Positions 1 through 13,378 of a DNA stretch of 64,000 nt are shown here, in pieces. Origin of the DNA: the human T2T-CHM13v2.0 reference genome, Homo sapiens; assembly GCF_009914755.1 (NCBI RefSeq), contig NC_060935.1. One strand, given 5' to 3'. The notes under the pieces were generated by a model. It did no database searches and had not been told where the DNA came from. It saw nothing but the letters and a program-made list of their open reading frames with translations. The first letter of the stretch is position 1. Every line of letters starts with the position of its first letter. The position numbers were made by a program, and so were the translations under genes.

Positions 1-249
1 ATGCCCATCTCAGAGATCATTACTCTAGTCTAAGCAATGTCATGTTTGCCTGGTTTACATCAATAATATCCTAACAGTAATCTCCACATTTAATCTAGCT
101 CCCACCCCACATCTGTTCTCACCTCAGTAGCTTGAGTGAAAAGTTTTAAATTCATGTATCGTTACCCAAAATTTTGCTACAAAGCCTTTATGGACTATGA
201 GCTGGTCCATACACACACCTTCATTCTTATATCACGCCTCTACCATATT

Positions 250-720
250 GGGGGTTGCAGCCACCTTAACTGTCCTTAAATCCCTTGAATATACCAACCT
301 ACTTCCACTTTGGAGACTTTGCACATGCTATTCTCTCTGCCTGGAAAGCTCACACTCCTACTGTTCTCTCTGTCATCAAACAGACTTCTAGTGATCCCTC
401 AAGTGTCACTTGAAATGTCACTTCTCCCATAAAATTATCCCTGACTATCCCTTCTCTTGTGAGACTAGAAAGGCCCTTCTGTCATGTTCCCTAATTTCTC
501 TCTTTAATTTTCTCTTATAGCAACCTAAAAAGTAATTTAATCCAGAAAAAAAGTTATTTAAAGTAATGTAGTTAAAATTATTATTTAAAATCACTAAAAT
601 TAAAATAGTATTTTAAGAGGCAATATCCTTCCTGATGATAGAGATTTTTGTTGTGCTTACCATCACATTCCCATCTCTCCCCATGTCTGCAAGTAAATAC
701 TTGCAGAGTATTTACTGAAC
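250..720 (+). mobile_element. L2 fragment (degenerate)
   Basis: L2-like motifs such as gcacatgctattctctctgcctggaa and aaatgtcacttctc...ccctgact; boundaries approximate. Confidence 0.55.
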
Positions 721-1068
721 CCCTAATTCTACTTTATAGAGCATTGCAGTAATTTCATGTCAGGTCATACAATAATCTCCCAAAATAGGATAGGACCCTT
801 TCAAATCCCACAACTGAAGATACCTAAAGAATGTACATCTAGAGTCAGGAAGAAAGCACTCTAAATGGGATTTAATATTTAGGAACCCAAGACTGGCAAT
901 AAGACTGAAGACTACAACACGTGTAGGCCAGAGGAGACAGTGGCCTATACTGGGGACAAATAAAGAGGTCTGTCCTATTTAAGAAAATCAACCCTGTAAA
1001 GGAAATTAATAGGACTAAGTACATTTTAGTAATTCCTCTAAGCAGGCTCTAAAGATTATGAAAAATAG

Positions 1069-1428
<360 letters not shown>

Positions 1429-1672
1429 TGATGAAGACTTTCTAAGTTATTTCACTGGAAGCCTGATAGTGGGGCAAGTGTAAGGCAAAATTCTTAATTA
1501 AATTGAACATGATAAGTTGAATTCTGTCTTCGAGAACATAGAAAAGAATTATGAAATGCCACATGTGGTTACAAGTAATGCAGACCCAAGGCTCCCCAGG
1601 GACAAGAAGTCTTGTGTTAATCTCTTTGTGGCTCTGAAAGAAAGAGAGAGAGAAAAGATTAAGCCTCCTTGT

Positions 1673-1692
1673 GGAGATCATGTGATGACTTC
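1673..1692 (+). promoter_or_regulatory. Tyrosinase distal element (TDE), MITF-bound enhancer core
   Basis: GGAGATCATGTGATGACTTC with CATGTG at 1679-1684, about 1.85 kb upstream of the start site, matching the established TDE position. Confidence 0.9.
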
Positions 1693-2664
1693 CTGATTCC
1701 AGCCAGAGGCAGCATTTCCATGGAAACTTCTCTTCCTCTTCACCCACACACTGCTCCATGTACCTGCAAAGCCTGTTCTGTCTCAAAAAAGTTGTTTGGA
1801 TGAGCCGTGACTTTTTTTTTTCTTAAATAATGAGACAAACTCCAGAAAAAGAGAAAAAAGCAGAGCAGTCTGACATTCCGGCATCATCGAAATAGTGATG
1901 GCTTTTCCTAGAATGCTTCAGCTAAGGACCCAAATACTAATGATCTCCTCAAAGCTTTCACTTTCTTTTACTTTTTCATTAATTTCAGTGGACCCCCAAA
2001 CTTTAAGTATGGAAGAGGACAAAGAAGGAAGCTTCAGAGGGGCAACTTTGATTTGACTACTCTTTTTGTCACTCTTCAGCTCACAAAAGAGCTCACTTTA
2101 GTTCAAAACACAAAGTCTTTAAGCCCCTCCATAGATTGGTCCCAGGTTTAATTTTCTATGATGTGTGGAGGCCTCAGTTTAATGCTCCAACTTGATAGAT
2201 GAAACACAGTTCCCACCTCTACACATTTCCCCTGTCTCAGGAGTTGTATATATTCTCAGTTGTCTGTCCAACTTATGCCCACTCTTTGAGATATTAATCA
2301 AGGCACTCCCTTGATAACACTTGCATATTATTATCAAAATTATGCAATTCTTTCTAATATCAGCCCACAAATACATCTCTTCCATTAAAAGTTTGACTTA
2401 ATTATCTATACTACTCATTTGAAAACTAACATAGTTAAGTTGTATTTTTAGCCATGAATTTCAGTTTCCCTAGCTCACTATACACAGAGAAGGAACTTTT
2501 GAAATAATTGAGATGATCAAAAATATTTGCTGAAGAAATATATTTCTCCTTTTTCATTCACTCACTAATTGAGAATGTCTTTGCACAAAACACATTGCAA
2601 AAACATTTTCAAAAAAATTCCTAATTTCTAGAATTGATAGGAAAAACAATATGGCTACAGCATT

Positions 2665-2900
2665 GGAGAGAGAGAGAAAGGAGAGAGGAGAAAGGAGAGA
2701 GAGAGAAAGGAGAGAGGAGAGAGACAGAGGAGAGAGAGAGAGGATAGAGGGGAGAGAGAGAGAGGAGAGAGACAGAGGAGAGAGAGAGAGGATAGAGGGG
2801 AGAGAGAGGGAGAGGGAGAGAGAGGGAGAGAGAGGGAGAGAGAGAGAGAGAGAGGGAGAGAGAGAGAGAAAGAGAGAGAGAGGGAGAGAGAGAGAGAGAG
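2665..2900 (+). repeat. Complex (GA)n polypurine repeat of the TYR promoter
   Basis: About 235 bp of almost pure G/A, with an internal perfect 48-bp tandem duplication (2713-2760 = 2761-2808). Confidence 0.97.
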
Positions 2901-3407
2901 CTCTTTAACGTGAGATATCCCCACAATGAAGCAAATCGCCCAGTTATCAAAGTGAGCTATCCTTAGGAGTTGTCAGAAAATGCATCAGGATTATCAGAGA
3001 AAAGTATCAGAAAGATTTTTTTTTCTGATACGTTGTATAAAATAAACAAACTGAAATTCAATAACATATAAGGAATTCTGTCTGGGCTCTGAAGACAATC
3101 TCTCTCTGCATATTGAGTTCTTCAAACATTGTAGCCTCTTTATGGTCTCTGAGAAATAACTACCTTAAACCCATAATCTTTAATACTTCCTAAACTTTCT
3201 TAATAAGAGAAGCTCTATTCCTGACACTACCTCTCATTTGCAAGGTCAAATCATCATTAGTTTTGTAGTCTATTAACTGGGTTTGCTTAGGTCAGGCATT
3301 ATTATTACTAACCTTATTGTTAATATTCTAACCATAAGAATTAAACTATTAATGGTGAATAGAGTTTTTCACTTTAACATAGGCCTATCCCACTGGTGGG
3401 ATACGAG

Positions 3408-3416
3408 CCAATTCGA
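3408..3416 (+). promoter_or_regulatory. CCAAT box with adjacent TaqI site (c.-199C)
   Basis: CCAAT at 3408-3412; TCGA at 3413-3416; position 3414 equals c.-199 and is C. Confidence 0.6.
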
Positions 3417-3426
3417 AAGAAAAGTC

Positions 3427-3437
3427 AGTCATGTGCT
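3427..3437 (+). promoter_or_regulatory. M-box (MITF site)
   Basis: Exact AGTCATGTGCT, about 100 bp upstream of the start site, the established element of tyrosinase-family promoters. Confidence 0.96.
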
Positions 3438-3484
3438 TTTCAGAGGATGAAAGCTTAAGATAAAGACTAAAAGTGTTTGATGCT

Positions 3485-3527
3485 GGAGGTGGGAGTGGTA
3501 TTATATAGGTCTCAGCCAAGACATGTG
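3485..3527 (+). promoter_or_regulatory. Core promoter: Sp1-like GT box, TATA-like element, initiator E-box
   Basis: GGAGGTGGGAG at 3485-3495, TTATATA at 3501-3507, CATGTG at 3522-3527 (the known initiator E-box at about -12 to -7). Confidence 0.85.
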
Positions 3528-3530
3528 ATA

Positions 3531-4461
<931 letters not shown>

Positions 4462-4589
4462 TAGGGAGGAACCTTAACAATCACTTCTTCAGGCAGGGTA
4501 TAAACTTCTCACCTGAACACTCATTGCAGCCCCCATCAAGGACAGAAATGGTGCCCTGTTAAGAACTCTCAATGTATCTTGTATTTTTC

Positions 4590-4775
4590 CTTTATAGCAC
4601 ACTTTAGATATTTGTGTAATTATTTGTTTAATGACTTCTACTAGGTTTCTAAACTGCAATGAACAGAGTACTTGATTCATTATTGCATTTCCCAGAACAT
4701 AGTATGGTGCCTTTAAAAATGGCAATAGTGCATTATGTATTTTGTGAATTGAATAAATGAGTGAATGAATGAATA
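4590..4775 (+). mobile_element. L2 3' end
   Basis: Ends in the typical tgaat/gaatgaat tail, preceded by cagaacatagtatggtgcc. Confidence 0.6.
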
Positions 4776-4859
4776 TCTGGATGATTAAAAAAACAAATGA
4801 TATACACTAATGTCTCTGAAAAATAAAATTATTATTCACAACAGGATTCATATGGTGTA

Positions 4860-4992
4860 CAAATTAAAAATGCAAATTCCTGGCCTTATCCCAGACTAAT
4901 TGGTCAGAATCTTCAGGAGAGAGTCCCGAGAAGGCACAATTTACTAAATGTCTATGGTGATTCTTTTAATCAGGAATGTTTGGGAAATAATT
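4860..4992. mobile_element. MER5-like hAT-Charlie fragment
   Basis: aaaatgcaaattcctggcc...cagaatct...ggtgattct...tttgggaaa pattern. Confidence 0.55.
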
Positions 4993-6563
4993 ATTGGATT
5001 AGATCTTCATTTTTGAAAGTATGAAGATCCTGAGGCTTAAACAGGTAAATAATGAAGATGGCTAATATTCATTGAACATCTAGCATGTGCAAACCCCGTG
5101 GCAAGTGTTTTTGTGCATTCGTTCATTTCATGCTCTTATCAGTCTTTCCCTATTTTAGAGGTTATAAAGGTATCAGGTAACTTGTATAAGATCATACAGC
5201 TAATAAGCAGCAAAAAAAAAATCACATTTATTCTCTAATAGTCCAGCTGTATGACCACTGTATCCTATTTCCAAGGATGTGACTGCTGTGATATCTTTAG
5301 CTAAAGGATCTGGTTCATTCTGTCTCACTTTTTCTTTAGGCTGCATTAGAAGTTAGCTTTCTTTCTCAGTCCTTGAAAACTTTAGATAAAATATGAAGCA
5401 TTACTATTTGGAATTGAATTCCTATTTCATCTATTCTGAATTTTTCATTCTGAATTAGGGGCAAATGGTAACCAAAGAAATATGTGCTTAATTATTTATC
5501 ATTTTAAAACCATATGTTAAAGGAATGCTTTTCTGCCTGTCTTCCAAAAATTTCTAATACAGCACTTTTGACTAGCAATGCTCTATGAAATTAAGCCCAA
5601 TATGTGAATGGGATGGGAAGAATCTTGCACTCAATTTCCCACAATCTGCAGTTTTGAAATGTAGATGGCCTTCTCCGCCCAACCAAGTTTGTACCCCATC
5701 CCAATGGAGTCTACTGAAGTTCATTTAAAAAATAGCCACTGTATAATTTCTGGTGTTATTAGTCAGCTATTTACCAAATGTAATGGGTTTTGTGCAGGAA
5801 AGGCTAGAAAAAATGTGCTTGGAAAAAAATCTATTTCAATAAGCTTTCAGACCTCCTACCTTAATCTATAATGTGCAAACTCTCATCTAGCTCTTATATC
5901 CTCTGTTCCTGTTTAAAAAACTGCCAGGATTGGACATGGGATTTTCAGTCAGTTATGATGCTTTATTTAACTATGTGGCTTAACTTGACCCAGAAAGGTT
6001 GGAGGACTGTCTAAATTACCAAAATAAGCTGCAACATCCACAGGAAATCTTAATAGATAGATACACATTAATTTTTAATTACATGAGATGTGTAATACCA
6101 GATGCTATCCACAACTGTATGAGTATTATTTTCCTAATTACTTATTAATTGTCAAGCAGAACTTTTTCCTTTTTCTCTCTTCATGAATGTGTTCAATTTT
6201 AATACTCTCTAGAAAAAAAAAAAAGTGTGTCAAGTCAGTAAGCCCTGAACTGAAATTGATACAATTATCAACTTCAACCTTGTTCTATGATTAAATTGCT
6301 GTGTAGAAACAGGTTTCAAAAATAAAATTAGAAAACAGAGTGGAAGGAAGATGACTGAAGAGAAACAAGCAAACCACAGTTTAAGAAAGGTGAAATGAGC
6401 ATTTGCTGCTCACCTACTATGTTTTAGTAGTGTCAAGGGCTTATTAGTGGCAAAGGTGACAGTCAAACCCCACTCACATTGGCTGTTTCCATTCCTTCAC
6501 ACAGCCTCTCTGGTTACAAAGTCCTTAAAATAGTTAAGATCGATTGCTTACATTGCTTTAATT

Positions 6564-7042
6564 CAGAGTTCTCAATGTCAAAATCACCTAGGAAGCTTCC
6601 AAAAAACCATTTAAAAAGTAAAAATAAAAAACTGTTGCAAGGTTTTTATGCACCTAATTTCTTGCCAGAAATTCAGATTCAGGTGGTCTCCTGTGAGGTT
6701 GTAAAGTTCAAGAGTCTTTTTTTTTGGCAGTGGTGCAATCTCCATACGCTGCAACTTCCGCCTCCCAGGTTCAAGTGATTCTTCTGCCTCAGTCTCCCTA
6801 GTAGCTGGGACTACAGGGGCCTGCCACCACTCCCAGCTAATTTTTTGTACTTTTAGTAGAGATGGGGTTTCACCCTGTTGGCCAGGCTGCTCTTGAACTC
6901 TTGACCTCAAGTGATCTGTCCGCCTCAGACTCCCAAAGTGCTGGGATTGCAGGCCTGAGCCATCAAGCTGGGCCTTCAAGTGTTTGCATTTTTAAACCCT
7001 CATTTTGTGATTCTAATGTGCAGCCAGCACTGAGAATCATTG
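6564..7042. mobile_element. MER5A interrupted by an Alu
   Basis: gttctcaa...aatcacctagg start and tttgcatttttaa...gtgattctaatgtgcag...tgagaatcattg end, flanking the Alu. Confidence 0.65.
6717..6974 (-). mobile_element. Alu (AluS-like) lacking about 30 bp before the tail
   Basis: Antisense Alu body; the poly-T joins directly to gcagtggtgcaatct; approximate TSD ttcaag(a/t)gt. Confidence 0.9.
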
Positions 7043-8989
7043 AGTTAATGGAGATTGTTTTGGTATCTTTTTACTTTCACTTTACAAAAACGCATGTTCT
7101 GTAATAAACACACCATTAATTTGAATGCCTTTGTCCAAATTGAATGCTTAAATTAAGAACTAGACTATTTGTGTGAGATGAGATCAAATAGTTTCTAGAT
7201 TGAGTTAAGACCTTCCAAATTAGCTAGGCTGATGCACCTTTCACATAAAGCCTTCTTTTTTTATTGGTTTCAGATATCATTTTACTTGACCCCAAAATTG
7301 AGATTTGAGAGATTTGATAGCATTTATTAACTCTGAGCTGAGAGATCTTCAATTTTATTTAGGGTAACCTGTGCATTTTATTAAAAAACTATAGAAAAGC
7401 CTAAAATGGTAGGATGATTGTCCAAAGTCACACATCTGAGGACTAAAACCAAGCGGCTCTGACTGCAGTGCTTTTTAAGTCAACAATGTTATTTCTTGTT
7501 TATAAGGATCCATTTAGGTTCAGAAGGGGTCAAGTAACCCGCTAATTTCTGGGTGTATAATTTGACATTTGATCACGTTGACTCCCTTAAAATTGTCCTG
7601 CCCCAGACAACATAGGCAGACACAGTGATGTAGTCCTTTTAATTTATATCATAATGAAAATATTCTGAGACTTTTACTGATCCACCTCTGTTACTCAGGT
7701 AGAGTTGACCCTCTCCCCGTCTTTGTGCTATCATTGTACTTTATACAGATTTGTATCATAGCACTTGTAACTTTTCATTACATGTAGTGGTTTTCCAGCC
7801 TGTCTGTATCTGCCAGCCTGTCAGTCGCTCCAAGGTGGTGATCATTTCTAAATATTTTTGTATCCACAGAGCACAGGACTATAATATACACATGGAACAG
7901 GCTTTATAAATACATGCTGAATTTAACATCAAAGAAACGTTAGCTCCAATGCTAACATACATAAAATATTAAACTCTGCATGGGTAGATTTCTAGGACCA
8001 TTCACTGCAGTTTTTTTATAGCACTGGATTCCCAATGCCAAGGATACAACAATGTCAACAATAGCCACTTACTCAAATTTGGGTATAATATATCTTGTGT
8101 CGTTCTCTCTGGTAGTTCCATATGTATGTCTGCGTGTGTGCATGCAAAGAAAGACAATACAAGAGAGAAGATGAAGCAAGGTGCAACATAGCTGAGTGTG
8201 ATTTAAATGAAGTTAATATTTATTGGTCAGAGTTTTCTGTTAAATATGTTAAAATCAGGTAATTAATTTATTTGGAAATATTGTGTTCCTAATTCATGTC
8301 TGTTGTTTGCTCATTTATTTAACTCCCAAAGCTTTAAATTAGGGGCCATGTTTATCATCAATTAAAATAGTTCATTATATTTGGAGGTGGAGGGTTGCTT
8401 AATAACATTTAAGTACAAACTACCCATGCTCAATATAATTAGATCTAATGTTATGCAACCAACAGATCAGCTAGCTACAAAAATAAAAGGGGTATCAGGA
8501 ATAGGTGTCATCATGAACAGAAACAAAGAGGAAAAAACATTTCCTAGCTGATACACATGAGTGAATTGTGACCAGGGAATTCACTCATCAGGTGAAAAGC
8601 ACATCACATGGAAGCAAAGAGAAGAAAAAAAGTCACATTTCAGCAGAGAGTCATGGGTTTTAGGTAACCATGACGACAGCTCAGTGAAATAACAGCTTCT
8701 CTTTTTTCTTTATGAAAAAGATTTTGTGGAATGTCATACGGTTTACATTTTTTCCCCCAGATAAACCTCTAATGCTATAACAAAATCTTTGCTCCCAAAA
8801 GCTTTTAATATCTGGCAGTTTATTGCTATTTCTTTAAATTTAAGAGAACAGTATTTAGGTTCACCTTCCTCATTAATATATCTATTTCTTCTATCTCCCC
8901 TTTTTTCTTTGACTTGGAACACTTGATCGTCCCCCCAGCATATGTTATAAATCACTTGCGTTGAAATAGAAAAAAAACAGAGTCATCAT

Positions 8990-9740
8990 CAGAACATCCA
9001 GGCTCAAATTCTACCCCTGCCATTTAGTAGACGACATTGGACCAGTTATTTAAAATCTTTGACCTTTGTTTTTTCCAAAGAGAAAAAAAATGAGGTAGAA
9101 TTACCATCTATACATGTTTTGTGTGTGTGCTAATAGGAGGATTAAATGGAATGGGAAACAGAATAATGTAGTGGAAAGAGTATAGTCTTTTCAGTCACAT
9201 CAGCATGAATTTGAGTGAACTTTCATACTTACTTAGCTACAAGACCCTAAGTTACTTAATTATTCTGAGACGATTTTTGTCCCTAAAATTAGAATAATAT
9301 AGGTTAAAGCATTACTGTGAAGGGATTCAATAAGATGTGTTTATATGGCTTGTTTAGGATCTGACCTATTGTTTGAGTTTCATGTGTGGAAATAATATAT
9401 TTTTAAATGATACATCAAAGTTAGATATAATAATGAATATTCAAACAGTGTTATACACCCAAAGTTAAAAACAATTTGGTGACCTGCCCAATGGTCTTGT
9501 TTTCAAAAATAATTATGATAGTTGTCATTATTAAACACTTTACACTTGGCACTATGCTAAGTGCTTTATACATGTTAGATTATTTGATCATTGATAGAAA
9601 CGTATAATTCCCATTTACAGATGAAAAAACTTAATACCCAGAGAGCTTAAGTAACTTGCCCAAGGCCATGTAACTAATAGGGTCAGTATTGGAAACCAGG
9701 TCTTTCTGACTAGAATCTTCATGATCATAAGCACAATGCT
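8990..9740. mobile_element. Cluster of MIR fragments in both orientations
   Basis: Core motifs such as tcaaattctacccctgccattta (+) and cccatttacagatgaaaaaact...aagtaacttgcccaaggcca (-). Confidence 0.65.
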
Positions 9741-11903
9741 AATATAATTTCTCCTAGCCTGCCTCCTCTCCTGTATGCAGTGTAAAGACTAAGGTTTGGA
9801 GTTTTTCAAATTATTTCTGGAACCAGGGTAGATTTTCTCCTCGTTAGTAATACCTCCAGTCATCCGAACACTTAGTCACTTGGCAGTTGGCATTTCAGCA
9901 AAAATAGTTTCATTCAAGCCTCTCTAATTTAACTGAGTTGGCTGTAGGAGTCTTTAAGGCAGCAGGATCTTTTGAAAATATCCTGAGATTACTCAAAGAG
10001 GAATAAAAATGATTTAGTCTACATACTTGTAGCGTCCAGTTAACCCAAATTATAAAAGCATCCAACATATTACATTCAATGTAAAAGTTAGGTTAGTTTT
10101 ATTCAACCATTCCTAAGCCATTAACACGTCATAATTAATGTAGTGGGTATTGCTTCAGAATAAGGAAACTTGTGTTTCAGTGCTTTGGTTTTGACTCTAA
10201 ATATCATATGGCCCTAAGACAAGTCACTCAACAGTTCTAGTTCTCAATTATATATGGATAAAAGGATTTAGGAACGTTATGAGGTATAAGGCAAACTAGA
10301 AACTGGCATTTGTTGAAACAGAAATTATTTGTTGAATAGTTTCTTTTCGTATATTATGTCATAGTACAGTTTAAAAAAATTGAGATTTAGCAAGTCTAAA
10401 AAACATGTTCATTGCCAGTAAGAAAATTAGCCAGAATTGAAGTTGCATCTACCTGTATTACGGAGCCCAATTTTTTCTCTACCACACAATGCATAAATTC
10501 TTAAGTTATGTCTTAGTGACCAAAAATTAAGAGTAGGTTCTCTAAGCATTTCTTATCTAACACAGTAGCAGCCATCTATGGTGGGGGGACTGCCCATTCA
10601 ATTCTATTTGAGATGACTACATTTGTTTATACATGCTTATAGATAGCAAATTCAGTGGGATAGGAGGACCAATAAAATAGTCTTGATTATTTTCAAATGT
10701 GATGCAAACAGTTGACCGGGAAGACATTTTACCTTCAAATTATTATTCTATACGTCTCGCCTACTGTTCACAAAATTATAAATCATAACATGGGTCTTTA
10801 TATCCCGTTAGCCTTTTGTAGTCTTCCACAGTCTGGCTTAGTATCCTCATCATGAAAATAGAGATAAAATCATAAAAATCCACAGGGTAGTTGTGAGAAT
10901 TTCTAATTTTAATGTATATGGAGATATCTCCCTTATGGCCTAGGACAGAGTAGTGACTCAATATAGGTTTAAAAAAATAAGTTCTAGAAATATATTCTAT
11001 GGTAAAGGTGGTACCAACAACATGACCAAGAAAAATGAGCACTCAACACATACTTTTTGTAGGAGATTCTTTGGCTCATCCACTGACTCTGTTCATTCAT
11101 CCAACAAATTCTTACTGCACATCAACAGGGTGCTAGAAACTGTACTAGATTCTGAGAGAAAAGAAATAAACAACAATGTGAAAATAAATGTGTCTTCATG
11201 AAGGATGCGTTTTTATAAGGGACGTAACAATCATTGTTTATTAGAGACGAAAATGAGTAAGTGTAAGTTGGGTAAAGAACAATGTTATCTCCCTAGTGGC
11301 CCCAAGCCTCCCACGGAAGCATGCACCTGTTGTGAACAGTCAATGACGGCAGGGTGGACTCTCCTGAATTTCATCTTTTGCTTCGAATGTATCTCTCACT
11401 ACCTAATTACTCTATTTTATTAAATCTAAGGTATCAATGAATTTAAGTGATGCATTCATTTATGTACCACTAAGAAAAATAAAAAAATATATTTATCTTA
11501 AAAGCCCTTTTTGGCTTACGTAGTCACATATTTTTATCATAGTTTATTCTTCTGCCTCCATATAAATGAAACTACAAGAAAAATAATTTGGTGAAGGATT
11601 CCTGAAATGTTTTTACATTCAGAGTCAGCCCCTTTTGAGTTACTTTTAAAGTCAGAGTCAACAATGCCTGTTTTTACTAATTATTTGCTTTGGCCTTAAA
11701 GAATGGGTAGGATATTAGATGCATGGCAAAGAGTGGGCATGCTTAGCCACAATCAGAGTCATGGAATGGAGAAGCACAAGCAGTGTCCAGAGAAAGTAGG
11801 CCATCTGACTTTAGCAGCAGGATCACACAGGATGTGAGCACATGGAGAATGGTTGCCTGACTCGAGATATTTTTTGGAGGTAGAATTGCCAATATAAAAG
11901 CAG

Positions 11904-12917
11904 TGCCATCGCACAATGCTCCATGCTCAGAAGCAGACCCTACATTTGAGGTTTAATGATCTGTGGTCTTGGTGTTGAAATTCTTATTAATCTTATCTTT
12001 GGGTTTGTGCTTTATAAGTGAAGTTATAGGGACAATGGAGCATATGCTTGGTTCATATGCATCCTGCAGACCTTTTGTTCTTTGTTTTCCTGGGATGGGT
12101 CTTGGCTACCACTACCCATCCACCAGCCCTACCTAGTTTCCACCTCCTCACCCTCTGCCCAAGGCCACTGGTGGGAGGAAAGAGGTCAACATTTCACTGT
12201 CACTCTCCATCCCTGGTGGGGTCCTTGGTGCAAGCAAAAAGAGGTGTGAGGTTGGGTGTTGATCCCATGATTTGTTGGTTCAGAGTAAAACAGAGGCCTT
12301 CTCTACCGAGGCTGGCTGCACCTTAGCACGGTGCACAGGTGATTACATATAGACCTCTCAGCCAGTATTATGGACTGAATTGTGTCTCCCAAAAATGTGT
12401 GTGTTGAATCCCTAATTTCCAGTGTGACTATTTGGAGGTAGGTCTTTAAGGAAGTAATTGAGGTTAAGTGAGGTCATTAACAGTGGGGTCCTAATCCAAC
12501 AGTACTGATGTCCTCATAAGAAGACAAAAAAGACAGAGCCATCTCTTTCTTTGTGTATGCGTAGAGAAACGGCAATGTGAAGACAGAGAAAAGGTTTCCT
12601 CTGCAAGACATAAGAGAGGCCTCAGCAGATACCTTGATCTTGGACTTCCAAACTCATGAACTTTGAGAAAATAAATGTCTGCTGTTTAAGCCACCCAGTC
12701 TGTAGTATTTTCTTATGGCAGCCTGAACTAATCTACCCACCTACTCAAACAAGTCTTAGCATGGAGGTTTCAATCCCTAGGGAGTCACCTATTCACTATA
12801 GACTGAGACTGTGGGATACCTATTCCCTGTAGATTGAGAAAGTGAATATTGATTTCCCTACCCCCAGCCAAGGCCTCAACATTTATCTGGTGCTGCAAAT
12901 TGCATAGCCAGTCCTGC
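11904..12917 (+). mobile_element. MER45-family (hAT-Tip100) element interrupted by an MLT1 LTR
   Basis: gctcagaag...ggtttaatg...ttgaaattctta 5' motif and gcaaattgcatagccagtcctg terminus. Confidence 0.6.
12366..12731 (+). mobile_element. MLT1A/B-like MaLR solo LTR
   Basis: tatggactgaattgtgtctccc...ccttgatcttggacttcca...aataaatgtctgctgtttaagccacccagtct...ttatggcagcc. Confidence 0.85.
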
Positions 12918-13378
12918 CTAGAGCACCACAATATTTACAGGTAAGACAGACGAGGAAGAGCTAGTAGGACACACCAAGTAGTAACAGCAAGAGAGAAAGG
13001 CAAAAATCAAAGGGGATGTGATTATAGAAATCAGTACATAGAGGAATGTGTTTTGTGAAAATGAAAGTGGTCAACTGTGCCTAATGCTATCTTAACATGG
13101 GGACTTGCAGGGATAATTGGATTTTATAATATGGAGTCTTTGAAGGTTCATAACAAACTCATTGGCCAAGAGATGACAGGGGAAGATGACTAGAGTGCCT
13201 TTATGTGGGAATGGGTAGCCAGGAAATGGAATTTTCATTTAAGATACTTGCTAAGATTTAAGCTTTAAATCATGTAGTCTATATTCAAATATTAACTCCC
13301 CCCGTTTTATAAACTATAAATGTTTGATGAAGCCACTTAACCTCTATAAGCCTGTTTTCTCATTGATGAGATGGAAAT

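Noticed and set aside
2621-2950. ER-rich and SL-rich ORFs
   Set aside because: Translations of the GA repeat.
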